Below are positions 35,166-49,112 of a stretch of 64,000 nucleotides of DNA, piece after piece (within the stretch, counting starts at the first letter, position 1; every line of letters starts with the position of its first letter). Source of the DNA: Eledone cirrhosa (Eukaryota); contig OZ024764.1 of assembly GCA_964016885.1 (NCBI GenBank), forward strand, positions 620,001 to 684,000, in the 5' to 3' direction. A program made the position numbers and the translations under genes. The notes under the pieces were generated by a model. It ran no database searches. It worked only from the letters and a program-made list of their open reading frames with translations, and was not told the DNA's origin.

Positions 35166-35688
35166 TCTATATATTAATTTCAACAATGTCAGTATTCCGT
35201 GTATCATAATTCTTGATTATCATTGGTTCATAGGTTTCAAACGAGGGAGTGAGAGGGGAGAGTAAGAAACAGAGAGGCAAAGTGAACGCTGTGTTGGATA
35301 CACTATGTATATGTGTCAGTGTAGAGACGTGTGTGGAAATAAGAGGGGAAGGAAAGCAATAACTATTAACGTGTGTGTGTATGTATGTGTGCGTGCGTGC
35401 AGCGTTCCACAGAAAGTAAAAACTATCAATGTGTGTGTAAGTTTGTGTGCGTGTGCGCGTTTCCATGCATGTACGTGTGGCGTTCCACAATCGCCACGCA
35501 GTTTATCTCTCTGTGCCTGTCTGTCAGTCTAACATACACAGAGTTGTGAAGGGAGTAAATAGGGACCTTATTTTACATTGACGGACATCTTTTATAATTA
35601 TTATTGTCTCATTTTTTGACAATTGCTCGAAATGAATACTGATAATAAAAGTAATTCATCTGTTTACCCATCTGGGTACGTCGGCTAG
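35166..35688 (+). mobile_element. Non-autonomous Helitron (plus orientation, non-coding)
   Basis: A|TCTATATA 5' start; 3' end CCCATCTGGGTACGTCGG-CTAG|T. Confidence 0.65.
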
Positions 35689-35759
35689 TATATATTTATT
35701 TTATTATACATATTTCAATGATACGAGATTATAGTATGCTTTCTTGAGATAAAATACAA

Positions 35760-36010
35760 TATCTGGTGTTAAAATATGACTTATCCAGAGCATGACCTTA
35801 CAATGTAAGCCAACAATGGGCAGTGAGAGAAAACTTCACAATTTCAAAGGATAGAAATTAACAGGGATACATTAAAACAGAGAAAGACTTGTCCGTGTTC
35901 TTATTGGTGTCAATCAACTTGGAGACTTCATTTCTGGGAATCTGATCGAGTAGTTTTTGGTTCATCACGTCAACAGTGGCATTGTGTGGTGCCAAAATAG
36001 CTCTCGCTTT
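35760..36010 (-). mobile_element. Degenerate Helitron PIF1 helicase fragment
   Basis: RAILAPHNATVDVMNQKLLDQIP. Confidence 0.7.
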
Positions 36011-36049
36011 CAGCCAGGTGTGATCATGGAATCGTGATTCAAGGTCTGG

Positions 36050-36700
36050 AAATACAGGAGATCATCAACGTAAGCAAACACGAAATCCAATCCAGGCGTG
36101 ACTTCATCAATAAAACGTTGGAACGTACTAGAGGCATTCCGCAAACCAAAAGGCATGGACAGAAATTCAAAGGAACCAAAAAGGGTGGTCACATCTGTTT
36201 TTGGTATGTCTTCTGGATGCATGGGTATCTGGTGGTAAGCACGTACCAGATCTATTTTAGAAAATATCTTGCATCCATGCAGAACGGATGAAAACTCCTG
36301 TAAATTTGGTAAAGGATAATGATCAGGTGTAGTGATAGCATTAAGTCGTCTATAATCTCCCACAGGTCTAAAATCCGCCTCACCCTTACGAGCCAAATGA
36401 AGCGGAGATGCCCATGGGTTGGTTGACAGTCGTATAAGACCAAGCTGGAGCATGTGTTCGAATTCATCCCTCGCTTTCTTTAGCCTGTCTGGAGCCAGCC
36501 TACGTGGGCGAGAGAAAACAGGCGGAGCAGTTGTAATAAAATGTCGAGTTGAGTGGACTACTTGGTGCGGTTTAAATGAAATGTCAGTTAACTCGGGGAA
36601 ACGAGGCAAGAAGCGAATGAATTCCTGCGACGGACAGTGTTTGCCCCTGCGCTTTGTTAATTGACATTGCGAAGTATGGCCTGAGGTGATACGAAGTATG
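36050..36700 (-). mobile_element. Gypsy RT fragment
   Basis: [39 protein letters not shown]. Confidence 0.92.
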
Positions 36701-36714
36701 GGTGAGGTGATACA

Positions 36715-37715
36715 GAGTATTTTTGTGCTGTTGGCTGGTCATTCATTAGCACCGAAATGCTACCAAATAGTTTTCCTTTTTGGATGAAGGTTATGTCTTT
36801 CATTGCATCTTTTAGAACCAGCTCAATTTCATTTTGTGATAATTGAACTGGTTTTCTAGTTTTGTTAGATATTGTCCTGAAAGCCACAGTTTTCAGGACA
36901 GCCTCTCTACGTAATACCTGTGGAGAATTGATGCTAAAAGCACTGTTCTGTCCAAAAGTCACGTATTGTTTTGCGTCTTGTAGTAGTTGTTTTGCATTAG
37001 TTATGTCAATTGGCGTGTATAAGTGTGCGAGGTAGAAATGGTATCCATTGCTGACTACCAAGTCTACACAGTTTTGAGATGAAAATGAAAATTTCACCCC
37101 TTTCTGGGGCGAAAATTAATTGACTCAACATCTGAAGGCCCAGGCAAGGGGCTAAACTAAACAATGCTATTAAATTGAGCAATGAACTCAGTTTTTTTGA
37201 CAATAATCCGTAAAAGTCCGGAGCGAAGTAATTCACGTCTATATCAAGTAGTATTTGATATAGAAGGGATTTGTTGCTGTTGTTGATGTTGTTCATATTT
37301 TCCTTGGTGTTGTTATTGTTGTAGTTGTTGGTTGTGGTGTTATTGTTCTTGTTGGTTGTGGTGTTATTGTTCTTGTTGGTGCTGGTATTATTTACCGGGT
37401 TTGGTTCCGTGGTTGCAAATTTTTTGATAAGGTGAGAGGGGATGGCTGCAAGCTTTGTACTCCTACCTTCCCTCCACCACTTTTCTTAGTGGACGTGGCA
37501 CTCACTACAGTGTGTGAGGTTGAAATGGCATCCATTATTGACTACCGAGTCTACACAGATTTTGAGATGAAAATTTCGCCCCAAAAGGGGGCGAAAATTA
37601 GTTAACTCAACGTCTGAAGGCCCAGACAAGGGGTTAAACCAAACAATACTAACAAATTGAACAATGAACTCACAGTCTCTTGAACAACAATCCGCAAAAA
37701 TCCGGAGCGAAGCAA
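36715..37715 (-). other. Unidentified ORF start (possible LINE ORF1/gag) with a duplicated leader
   Basis: 37020-37230 and 37505-37715 are diverged copies, each ending in MD(T/A)ISTSHT; the downstream ORF has no motif I recognise. Confidence 0.4.
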
Positions 37716-38760
37716 TGCACATGTTTTCTCTAAGAACTTCTTTTGCAACTCGCGCAGAATGCGCTGGTGCATTGTCATGGTGAAACAAGATCTCACCATG
37801 AAGTTTTCTTTTTCGTTTCTTGACTAATGCCTCTTTCAGCTTCCTTAAAACATTTGTATAGTAAGCTCCTGTCACAGTTCTTTGACCTTCAAGATAATCT
37901 ATTAGTATCACCCCATCTGAATCCCAGAAAATGGTGGCCATCACTTTTTGATCTGACTTTTGTGATTTGAACTTGATTGGCCCTGATGATCCACGTGGAA
38001 GCCACTGTTTTGACTGCTGTTTGGATTCAGGATCATACTGGTAGATCCAGGTTTCATCTCCGGTGATGATTCTGGTCAGGAAATGCTCTTCATCAACTTC
38101 AATTTTGTTTAATATCGCCAAAGACAGATCACTTCGAAGAATCAGCTGATCAGGGCACAACGCTTTTGGGACCCATCGCGCTGAAGGCTTGCTTAGTTCC
38201 AAATTATTGTGCAGAATTGAATTTGCCGAACCATATGAAAGTCTAGGGACTTAGCTAACTGATTAGCTGTTAGTCTTCGATCTTCTTCAATTAAGGTCTG
38301 AGCAGCCTCAATGTTTTGGTCATTTTTTGATGTTCCTGGTCGTCTTCAAGGTCGTCTCTCCCTTGTTTGAATAAACTGTCCGAATGCTTCAATTACCTCT
38401 TCTCTATTTAAGAATGTTTTATTGCGTATAAAAAGCTCAAAATGCTTAAATAAGTGATAACCAGTAAGAGAGATATCGGGTGAATAGGGAGGATGTTGCA
38501 AAATTTCATAATTCAGACTTTGCAACTTGTGGACCGTAGCTTGTGAGGTGTGGAGGCCATGCATTATCGTGAAGCAAAATTGAGCCATCTCTATTCACTA
38601 GTCTGGGATGCTCCTTCTTCAATATTTCATGTATACGATCAATTTCCTGACAATATGATGTTGCTGTTACAGTATTGCCTTGTTGCAAAGATGAATAATG
38701 AATAATCCCCTTTGCAGACCACCATACAGTGACCATCAACTTCTTAGGGTGCAATGGTGG
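37716..38760 (-). mobile_element. Two different mariner transposase fragments (about 37716-38345 and 38346-38760)
   Basis: WVPK, GDETWIY, IFWDSDG, HDNAPAH; KKLMVTVWWS, LHDNAWP, HPPYSPDI. Confidence 0.92.
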
Positions 38761-38774
38761 TTTCCGGTAGTGTT

Positions 38775-40880
38775 TCGGTGACTATAGAAGAAAGAATTAG
38801 AAATGGCATGCGGACAGGAAGAAAATATCTCAGATTTTCTATTAAGCAATGCGTTCCTAGAGAAAATTATAGAGTGGGTCTCTAGGATACAAAGATTACA
38901 GAATTTAGTGTGTGTTGATAGGTGATTAGAGTGTGCTACTATACGCCAATTTAGGCTATATGGTATACCAGCCCCTTTTAAATCCCAGATATGGTGTGCC
39001 AAAGAAGTAGAGTTCTTAAACTTGATATACTTAAAATTAGAAACATGTGAATTAAACCTAGTTTTAAAAGTATTAGATGTGGAGCCTATATATGTTCTAC
39101 AAGAAGAATTAGTCTTAACTTCACATGCATAAACAATGTTCCTAGAGAGGCAGTGACCATTTAAAGGGCAGTTATTACTTATTCTACAGTTGCACTTCCA
39201 GGTACTAGTGACTAGCTGATTACGCGATGGATTATTCCTAGGGTTATTAGAAGATAAGATCTGCTCGGGTGGTAAGTTATCAATAGAGCTATCTAGATTA
39301 GTAGTACGCAAAGAGGAGTAGCTATCCCTAATTTTCTTATTGTTAGTGCTAGCTAGATGAGAATTAATGTTAGGGGTGGTAGAGAAGGAAAGTTTAATTA
39401 TGTTTTTATTAAATATACCATGATATTTATTAGTAGGAGGGAAATTTTTCTCTAAGATAGAAAAGAAAGACCTAGGGATATTAGTTAATACTTCATGATC
39501 AAAAGGTGGGTTAAAGTAAGTATTGAGTCTTCTCCTATTCCTACCTTTACTATCTCTACCGTTATCTGGTATCCTATTAATAGGATCAGGGTTAATATGA
39601 GGATCAGTTGAATTAACACTATTAGAAGCAGTTAAAACATTACCACTGGGTGAACGTTCAGAGCGCCTATCCTGCTCCCTAGAACTGATCTCGATATGCG
39701 TACCATTAGACTGACTAATCCGACTACTATTTCGGTAGTTAAACTTACGGTTCGGTTTGGATATATCTATAATATTTCTATGATTCCTATGTTTTCTACT
39801 CCCATTCAAGGCCATGTTATGGGATATTACGTTATTATGGGTAATCGGAGTCATTTCAAGGTTGTCCTCCTTATAATGTATTTTACCAGAGTAACCTGAG
39901 TTAGCTAGGGCGTTATTATAATACTCTGCATGTGAATTAAAGATTCCTATATTCTTAGAGAGTGTGGAGATTCTATTAGATACACCATTAATTATAGAAC
40001 TAATCATAGATTTAGGGTGGTTGGAATTGGGATTAACGTAAGAGAGTGTCTCATTAGGCTTGTGGAAGGGTTTATAACTATTAGTGGCCAAGTCTAATGT
40101 CACATCTAAAAAGTTGACTGCTCTATTATTCTTATCAATTGTGATCGAAAGGTTAAAACTTTAAAAAAATTTATAAAGTTTCTTCCTATTATGCTCAATA
40201 TTATTAGTGCTAGAGTTTATCACAAATAATGTATTGTCACGATAAAGTCCCCCTTTAAGGTGCGGAAAGCTAACATACAGTTCGTTCAAGAGGAACAGCC
40301 CAACAAGGTCAGTTACCTGGGCCGAATCACTCGAACCCATTGTAACGTCAAAGTTGTTGGGTGTGTTTTTACGCGTCCAAAGAGTATCTTCGAATTTGAT
40401 TATAGTCCTACGGGCGGCTAGTATAACATCTATCTGGGGTCGCGTAAGACTAGACATTCTCATGGCCATAATTAAGGCCTTATTAAGGAGGATAGGTGAA
40501 ATCGACGTGTAATAGGCGTCTATATCAAACTGGATAAACCTACTAGACTCAAGTTTATTGATACCAGAGAACCAATCTATGACATCCCCAGTATTTCCCC
40601 ATAGATTAAAATGAACCTTTTCCCTAACGGTAGGTATAATCAGGTCAAGGATTTTCTTACTAATTATAGCTATATCAGACTTAGAGGGACTGATAAGTCT
40701 AACAGAAGGATTACTTATAAAGTCTACCTTATGATCCTTAAGTGTGAAACTCAGTTCCCTAGAGTAATATGGTTGGGTATACTTATCAAGACCCAGATCC
40801 GAAACTATCTTGAGGCCCTCATTGATTTGATCCAAATTATCCTGCGTTTTCTTTTGTTAATTTTTATGCAGCTCCTTATA
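38775..40880 (-). mobile_element. Naiad-type PLE RT, linker and GIY-YIG (5'-truncated)
   Basis: QFDIDAYYTSI, MGSSDSAQ, YRDN, CNCRISNNCPLNGHCL, TYIGST, CNLC, SSCPH. Confidence 0.93.
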
Positions 40881-40884
40881 AATA

Positions 40885-42704
40885 AAAGTACTGCGACACC
40901 TCGTCCATGCTATTGTCCTTTTGAAGGCTGAACATGGCAGTGTCGGAACCCTTGTTAACATATTTACATATGTACTTTATCGATTTTTACTGAATGACAG
41001 AACTCAACATTTATATGACCGTTGAAAGTTTTCATCAGAAATGGACAGTGCGGGACCACCCACCGATTATCAACACAATGACCCCGTAACGTCATAGTGA
41101 ATCCACCATTCTCAGGGCCCCTTCGTCTGTACAGTGGGTATCCGTCGCCGCCGGTCTGTCTCCATGAACCTCTTTGGGTATCGTTTAGTGCACACATGGT
41201 TTTTGTGGCATGAGGAGAACTCTTGAAAACCGGGACCGCACGGACCGTGCATCATGTGTGCCTTCACAATGTCGTATAGCTGCCTGTCAACAGCGGGGTC
41301 GCGGATTTCTGCTGCGATGATGTCATCTATAACTGTAGGGTCTATTTTGGTGACCAACCAAACCAAAATGTGCGCGTGTGGCAACCCTCTCTTCTGCCAC
41401 TCAACAGTATACATGTGGCACTTAACAGGCCCAAAAACCTGCCCCCTTTTGATTAAATCAATTATCTTAGCCAGCTTCAGTCTAAAAACCCTGGCAATAA
41501 TATCATGGCGTTGGCAGTACTGCTGCCCTGGGAGAAGTTCTCGCGTTACCTCAACCCACTTCAGGTTATACGTAAACGTGATGAATAAATCGGGGCGCCC
41601 ATAATGCCGAACGAAAGTCATAGCGTCTTGTGATCGCTCGTGCATGTACCGTGGCCCCCCTGTATATGTTGAGGGTAGAATGCACATTTTGCCGATGTTC
41701 CGGGGGTCTGTGTCATTCCTGATGCCGTCACACAAATGGATGTAGGAGTCTGAGCGCAGCTGCTTCTGATTCAATTTTATGAAGCACAGTCTCTCCGACT
41801 CCATCTTTGCAGCCATGTCAACGGCAAACTGGTGAAACAGTTCCCGTGATCTGTGCAGGGGGCTAAAATCATTAGGCCTCGTCATGAAGCGGTATGAGTA
41901 CAAAGCCATACATGAAACAGTTTTAGATGTCGCAGCAGTGGGCTCGTTTGGTTTGCAGAGGAATGCCGAAATGGTAGCCGTCTTCTCCGTATGCAAAAAG
42001 AAGGGGATACTGCAGGGCGTCGTAGGAACGATGTGTCTCATTAATACGTTGAAGACCACTGTCACGGCTTTGAAGAACTATGTCTCGCTTATTGTGCTGT
42101 TCACCATGGAGAACTACAGCCACTTCATTGCACGAAGGAGCGTTATAACGGCGTGCGTGCTCTCCAGAAGGTCTTTTGTCAGCATCGATGACAATGGTGA
42201 AGTTTGGTGAAGGAGCTGTTTCCAAGGCGTATTTAAAACTGCGAATATAGCTGTTGTGCTCATGAAGCATGTTTTGCAGACTGAGCAGCACATCCCTGTC
42301 AAAGTTGTCAGCGTCATTGTTTGCAGGTGGTGGAATAACGCCAAACCGCACATCAACTTGTAGTTCGAAATAAAGTAAATTTGAAGGAACGAAGGCTTGC
42401 AATTTTGTTGTTTTAAACGTTCCAAAGACCTGGAAGCAGCATTAGTCGCAGCGTTTCTAGCCAGGCGCTTCGACCTTTGTTCACGGCTCTCTGAAGCCCT
42501 GGAAGAAGCCTGGTATGAAGCCATTTTGGCTAGGCGTGCGGTGCGCTGTTGGAAACTTTCAGCGGCTCGACATTCTGCTGAACGTAAGGCTGTCTGTGAA
42601 AGTCTTGAAGCATTTTCCTCAGATGACTCGTTTGCTATAGTAGCCTTTTGCGCCACTGCTGACGCGGTATGTCGACTGAGGCGACTTCTCTTTTTAGGTG
42701 GCAT
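40885..42704 (-). mobile_element. Helitron Rep fragment with STPR-like N-terminus
   Basis: MPPKKR start at 42704; ESFQQRTARLAKMASY; YDALQYPLL, GRPDLFITFT, VEWQKRGLPHAH, GYPLYRRR, NVEFC. Confidence 0.93.
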
Positions 42705-42969
42705 TTTATGTCTAAAAGAAAGGGTGAAAGTTACTTTTACAGAAAAATTTAGTTTGAAAGTGTAAGACCAATGTGTGTGTAAGTGTTTAGAAAAATATTT
42801 GCAAATGAAAGTCACAGTTTAGTAAATGAAAATCAGCTTCGAAATGGAGTTTGAACGCGCTAATACAAACACACACACATATATCCATCTTTTAGTGTGT
42901 CTGTTTGTTTCTCTCTCCCTCTTTATCATTATATGCTATTGTTATTTCTAAAACAAACTATGCGTTGAT

Positions 42970-44857
42970 TGATTGAAATGAGGGAGGTAATGAAGGTTTT
43001 GCCTGTACCGCCAGAGGCATCAAGAAAGAAGACACAACCTAATCCACCCAGTTCACTGTCAACGACAGTCTCATAAGCAACCCTTTGCTCGGGAAGAAGC
43101 TTACGTTCATTTTCATCTAGGAAAGTTGTCAACATGGCGACATCGTAAGATGTCTCCAACAGAATATCTGGACCCAGCACACTAACATTTTCCCTGCTGG
43201 CGGCTGGCAAGCCGTATGTTGGCAAGTCATTCCCCCCTAGTTGAAGGAGCTCTTCTCGGATGGAAATTAGCCCTTGGTTGTAAATGATTTCGGTGAACCC
43301 CACTTCTAAAGACGGATTTTGCCGTTTGGCTGTGCGGAGGAAATCCTCGCACAAATCGTCCCTGTACTTCAGCCAAAGGGCTGAAGGGTTAGCTAAGCCA
43401 CAATTGTGCAGCAAAAAGGCAAACAGTTCCCTTAATTTCTGTGGGGATTTCAGCAGAGCACCATCGGCGAGTCCCATTGGGAGTCATCTTCCAAGAGACC
43501 AAGCCTAAAGCAGGCTTCTCGAAAAGTGTTTCAAAGTACCCCGTTTACTCTTTTTAAGTCAAAGAAACCTTGCGGCCCCTTGACCTCGTGCAGAAGAATG
43601 CGCAGGTGAAAGCACTCAGGTTGGGTTGGGGGAACCGTGTAGACTCTACCGAGGCAGTCAGAAAATTTAACTCCCGGATGCGATTCAACTGCCTTACCAG
43701 TTTTTCGCCGTACCCAGCTATTGCGGCGCCAAGGGAAGTAGGACGGCACCTGAGGGTAAATTAGAGTTCTTGCAAAAGCGTCTACGTGACAGAGCTTAAA
43801 GAAAGCGGTTAACGTGGTTTCTTTGGGGTTAGCCGCAACTTGAGCAGCATTTGCGGCCGTAAAGTAAACCCGCTGTCGGTTCTCTAAGTGGACCGCCAGG
43901 TTTGTGATTTTGGGGTACCTTTCATGGATAGAAAAACCAAAAATTCGCCGAAACGCTTCGTTTGTAATTTATGTACCGGGCCGATAGGTACTCACTGACC
44001 TCGTCCCGGTTGGACTGGAGGGCGAATGCGGTGGAATCGCAGCCCTTGTTGACGTACTTGCAAACATATTTAATCGATTTAACTGAGCTACAGAATTCCA
44101 CATTAATGTGGGCTTGGAACGTCGAAGTGAGAAGTGGACAATAGGGGACCACCCATCGATTGTCGACTTGCTTGCCTCTTACAATGGCAGTAAAACCACC
44201 GTCTTCAGGCGACCGGCGCCTGTACAGGGGATAGCCGTCGTGCCCTGTCTGGGTCTCTGAAACAAATTTCCTAGGGTACCTCTTACTACAGATCCCGTCT
44301 TTCTGACACAAATGGTTAGAACCCGGATAACAGGGTCCGTGTATCATTGAAGTCGTGACGACGTCGAAGAATTCTTTGTCGGTGGCAGGGTTGGGGATCT
44401 CTGCGCAGATAAATTTGTCGATGTTGTTGGAGTTGATCTTGTTCTGCAGCCACAGTAACAGATGAATGTGAGGCAGGCCCCGTTTCTGCCATTCTACGGT
44501 GTACGTATGGCATCTAGCAGGGCCGAAGATGTTGGCTTTTGCACAACATGCCTTCATTTTCTGTATGTTCTTCTCGAAAACCCTCGCTATGAGGTCAAGG
44601 CGGTGGTGGTATGACTGCCCTGGAAGGAGTTCTCGGGTGATCTCATCCGCCTTCGGGTTGCACGTGAAGGTGATGAAGAGGTCAGGACGGCCGTAGGCCC
44701 GCAGGTAGGTCATGGCGTCCTGAGTCCTCTCGTGCATGTACCGAGGTCCTCCAGTGAAGGTAGAAGGCAGGATGCAGACCTTGCCAATGTTTCGGGGATC
44801 CCCGTCATTGGTCAAGCCGTCTTGCAGGTGTAGGTAGCTTTCGCAGTTGCTGCTCAT
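42970..44857 (-). mobile_element. Helitron Rep to helicase motif I fragment (frameshifted)
   Basis: PDLFITFTCNP, VEWQKRGLPHIH, KYVCKYVNKG, LGRVYTV, DASGGTGKT. Confidence 0.93.
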
Positions 44858-45919
44858 TCAATCGCCTCTTTTTTTAAACAACAGACGATGTTTTCCTACG
44901 GCTAAGGGTACTCTTTCTTTTCAGTGGCATGGTTGCAATAGTACAGTAAACAGTAAAGGGGAAGCAGGTTTAGAGCAAAGGCAAAAAAGCGAAGGTGATG
45001 AGCAGTATTTTGGGGAAAGTAAAAAAAAGTGACAAATTGTTACAATTTTAAGCAACAATAAACGTACTGGGAATGGCAAAGTCCGAAAGCGAGGTCACAA
45101 AATGTAATGCAGTGAGAGTGAAGCACACGCCTACACAGTAGCCTAACCAAGTAACAAGTGTAGCGTTTGAAAACCAAAGCTTTGCAGGTCACTCAAATCA
45201 ACGATAAGAGTCTGCAGAATTTTTTGATAGCAGTCTTGCCAAAACAGAATAAAAGCTGCCACCTCCAGCCGTACAGGACATTTTTTTTTTTTTGATTCAA
45301 GGCGAAAATTTGTCCACTTCTCATCCGAAAGAAAGCAAAAACTGACTCAACTGGTGCCAGGTGGTCAGAACTGGCAGGAACTGGTTTGTGTCACGTGAAG
45401 CTGTAACTATAGCAACAGTGGTTCCCTCGGTCTCAAAGACCAAAGTAAGTGGAGAGGGGAAGGTAATGTTACTGTAACACCAACAACGTCTCTCTCTCTA
45501 TATTCCTCGCTCAATAAAGGGGGAGGGGGAAGGTAATGTTACTATAGTAACAGTGGTTCGCTCATTGACCAAAGTGGAGAGGGGAATGTAATATTTCTGT
45601 GACACCCAAAACTTCTCTCTCTATCTTCCTCTCTCTCTCTCTCTCTCTCTAAAGAAGGAGGAAGGGGAAGGTAATGTTACTATAAGACCTGTTATTCCTG
45701 TCTCTCTATATACGAAGTGGAGATTCGACCTCGAGCTTCACTCTCGACCCAATTTCGAAATGATTCGAGCACGTCAACAAAATTTAGACTCGTTTCTACC
45801 CAAATTAGCAAAAAACCGGGTCAAAAAACTCAAAAGGAAAAATTGTTCACGCGTGCATAAAATGCAACCCCATCTCCCGATTTCACTCAAAATAGACAAA
45901 AAGGTGGATTGCGGGCCCC

Positions 45920-46110
45920 TGTCCTTGCACCATATAAGGATGTGAGCATGTGGTAGTCCCCGCTTCTGCCACTCCACGGTATACATCCATGCATTAAGAC
46001 CACCAAATATTTTGCCGTCTTTCAGTAGCCACATCAATTTCTTGAGTTTCTGCTGGAAGACTCTGGCTATGAGGTCATGCCTGTCACTACTCACCTGGTC
46101 CTGCATTAAC
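45920..46110 (-). mobile_element. Short Helitron Rep motif-2 fragment
   Basis: RHDLIARVF, VEWQKRGLPHAHILIW. Confidence 0.88.
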
Positions 46111-46659
46111 AAACTTCTTTTTCAGTTTTCAGATAGAACTAGTGTCAGAAAGTCTGTACACTGGTGATATGTGAACTATTTGACTTTGAAAAACTTTGAA
46201 CTTATTGAGCAATTTCTCTGCTCCCTTAGATTGACTTTGAATTATCAGTTTGTTACATTCACATATTTCTTTGTAGAATGCATTTACTTGTTTTGTGCTC
46301 TTTTGCTATTTGCTTGCTCATGGTTTTTGTTCATTCACATTCTTTGCTGTTTTACATGCCTGCATATGCACACATTTCTTTGTCACACACCAACATGTTG
46401 TTCTTGGTATATGTTCTTCAAACGTAATATTCTGCGAGTCCCTTTTCACCTGGTTGAGATGCTGTCACATGCGAGCAGCTCACAGCGCTTAATCCACCTG
46501 GATTTAAACAGGCACCGCAACACGAGAATACTAATTGCAGCTGAGCTCAAACAGTTTTGCATCTCGTTGCACACTGATCGTCCATGACGGCCTTCGTCTT
46601 GCTGTTCTTCCTCCGACAATTTTTCAAAATTTCTGTCAGGGAGAAAAGCAATTTTGCAC

Positions 46660-47825
46660 AATTTGGCAGATTACGAAACTGCAAAGGTAGCGAGATTTGT
46701 TCGAATCGGCGAACAATTTACTGCCTGCAACTCAATAGGTGTCTCAGGGGGAGTCTCCTTCATACAACACACGGGCCATACTGAACAAACTGCACCTGTG
46801 TCAACCAGAAAAGCTCTACCTGACAGCAGGTCCTCAATGAAAAAGTGGCGGTTGGATGTTGTTTCGCAGAGCGCACTATCCGCCGTTAGTGACTCTGGTC
46901 GTCTTTTCCCTCGTAAGCACAAGGAGGCCTACAATGGGCAGCTTTTTTACCATATCTGTCATGGTAATAACAATATGGTGTTTTTGGTGTGTTGGAAGGG
47001 CTACGGTGGCGAGGAGTTGAATAACGTCATGAGCGGCTCCTCTGCCGTCCAAAAGACCTGAATTCCTGGCACAACTCCGCCATTTGACGAGTCATGGCTT
47101 CCATTGTGGTTATTAATTTCTCATCACTCTCTGATGAGCGTGATTGAGGAAGAGAAGAGGAAGCAACGTACTTTGGCTTCGAAGTGTCTCTCTTCGTCAC
47201 TTCTACAATTTTGTCAGCAGAGACAGCAATGTGATCGAGGGTATTTACCTCTAGCATATGGGCTAGGATCACCTGTACCTCTTGAGAGAAGAACAATTGC
47301 TTCAGGAAAGGGCTATCCTGATCTCGGGAATCACTCAAATCCCGCAAATGCCGGAGAAAAGCGGTAGGGGTCCTGCCACCTAATCGTTCGTCCTCGATCA
47401 ATGACCGAAAACGACTCTCTACCGACTCACAATTCCTCCTCAAAATCTCGCTTTTCAAAAACTCATACGTTAAGTCAGAGGGGGGGGGGGGGGGGCTCTG
47501 TAATTAGGTCTTGGACCGAATCTGCTAGATTAGGGGGAAGTCCGCTAATCACGACAGCGAGGCACTGGTCACTCGGTCTTACAGACCGTAAAATACGCCT
47601 GTAACTGGGCAAACCACATCTTAGGTTTTCCAGTAAAGGCGGGAAAATGTGGCACATTCATGGTAAAACGTTTAAAATTTTAAAAAATATATATATCAAA
47701 ACAGCAATTAATGTACCCTCGTACAGTGAAAAGCGAACAGCCAAAATCGAGAAAAAATGAAAGGTCAAAAAGAAACATTCAAAACATTAGGAAATATGAA
47801 AAATACATAAAATACATATATATAT
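46660..47825 (-). mobile_element. Gypsy leader, gag and protease fragment
   Basis: FLVDTGAVCSV (aspartic protease), EILRRN, FLRHLRDL. Confidence 0.88.
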
Positions 47826-47967
47826 AAAATATATAAGGGAGAGAATTGGGAGTGTGTAACACTCCACTTATCAAATAGGCAGTATATGGTTAGCTCAATG
47901 TCAGAGGACAGAGCCGTAATACAATTAACAACAAAGAGCGCTTAGAACATAGGTATATCTTTAATTT

Positions 47968-48010
47968 CTAACAGTGTTTCGTCCACACTAGAAGTGGGAC
48001 TCTTCAGAGC
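47968..48010 (-). ncRNA. Probable hammerhead ribozyme (CTGAAGA variant)
   Basis: ct-CTGAAGA-gtcccac..gtggac-GAAAC-act-GTT-ag; stem I is short. Confidence 0.6.
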
Positions 48011-49112
48011 ATAAAGAGTAAATACATAGTATACAAGCATTGACAAAGCCAAAACAGAAGAATATATGTGGGGATACCATAAGTTGGGAGGAGTTTAAAG
48101 AGTAAAGTAAAAGGAGTAAAATAAGAAAAGAGAAAAATAAAAATAAAAATGAAAAATAAGAAATGTTATCACTCACAGTTGGGCAGGGTTCCGTTAACAT
48201 ACAGCTACATACAAGTATACGCATAAGCATGAGCACCCGTATGCAACACATACAGTATACACTAATACAAATAACATATCATAGACGGATGGGCACAAGT
48301 TAAGAGATAGAGATAGATAAAAAATAGATAAGAAATAGATAATAGATAAAAGATAAAATATAAAATAGAATAAAATAAAATAAAGTAAAGTAAAATATAC
48401 ACCAGAAGATAAATAAAACAATACACCAAAAAAAATGGAGTAAAATATACACCATAAAGGAAGGTGTGGGTAAAGATAAGACTGGCAAATGCATAAGCTA
48501 TCAAGCTATGTTCAACAAGTGATATACGTACAACATATAATATATACAAAAATATATATAAAAGAGACGTATATATAAGGATATATATATATATATATAT
48601 ACACATATCAGTCCAAGTAATGCATATTTATAAAAATGTAACTGGGGGTAAAAAGATGTAATAAGGGTAATCAAGATGGTAATTATTAGGGCATGTAATA
48701 ATAATATTATTATAGAAATCCTAAGGTGACACTAGTGTTGACTCATGGTGATATATGGAATATATCAGGAGCACACGAACGCCTTAGGTGTTGCAGTTAG
48801 CCGCAGTTCAACAATAGAGTGTTCGAATGAGATTTTTTATGAACAGATGCTATGTCCGCACTAGATTGAGTGGAACATTACAATGCAATGGAAACATCCC
48901 AGGTTGGACAGTCCCAAAAGTTCACACTCCAAAGTTCAATCCACAGGTGTGCATTCATAGAGTTGAGCGGTTGGGCAATCCCAAAAAGTTCACACTCCAA
49001 AGTTCAATACACAGATGTGCATTCATAGAGTTGAGCACTCAGGCAAGAATTAATTGGTTAACAAGGTGTATCCGTATCACAAGCAGGAGCATATGCTGGG
49101 AAGGTTGCAGGC

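Noticed and set aside
46330-46420. SWIM-like CxC..CxH peptide on the minus strand (TCWCVTKKCVH)
   Set aside because: Short, stop-bounded and without supporting domain context
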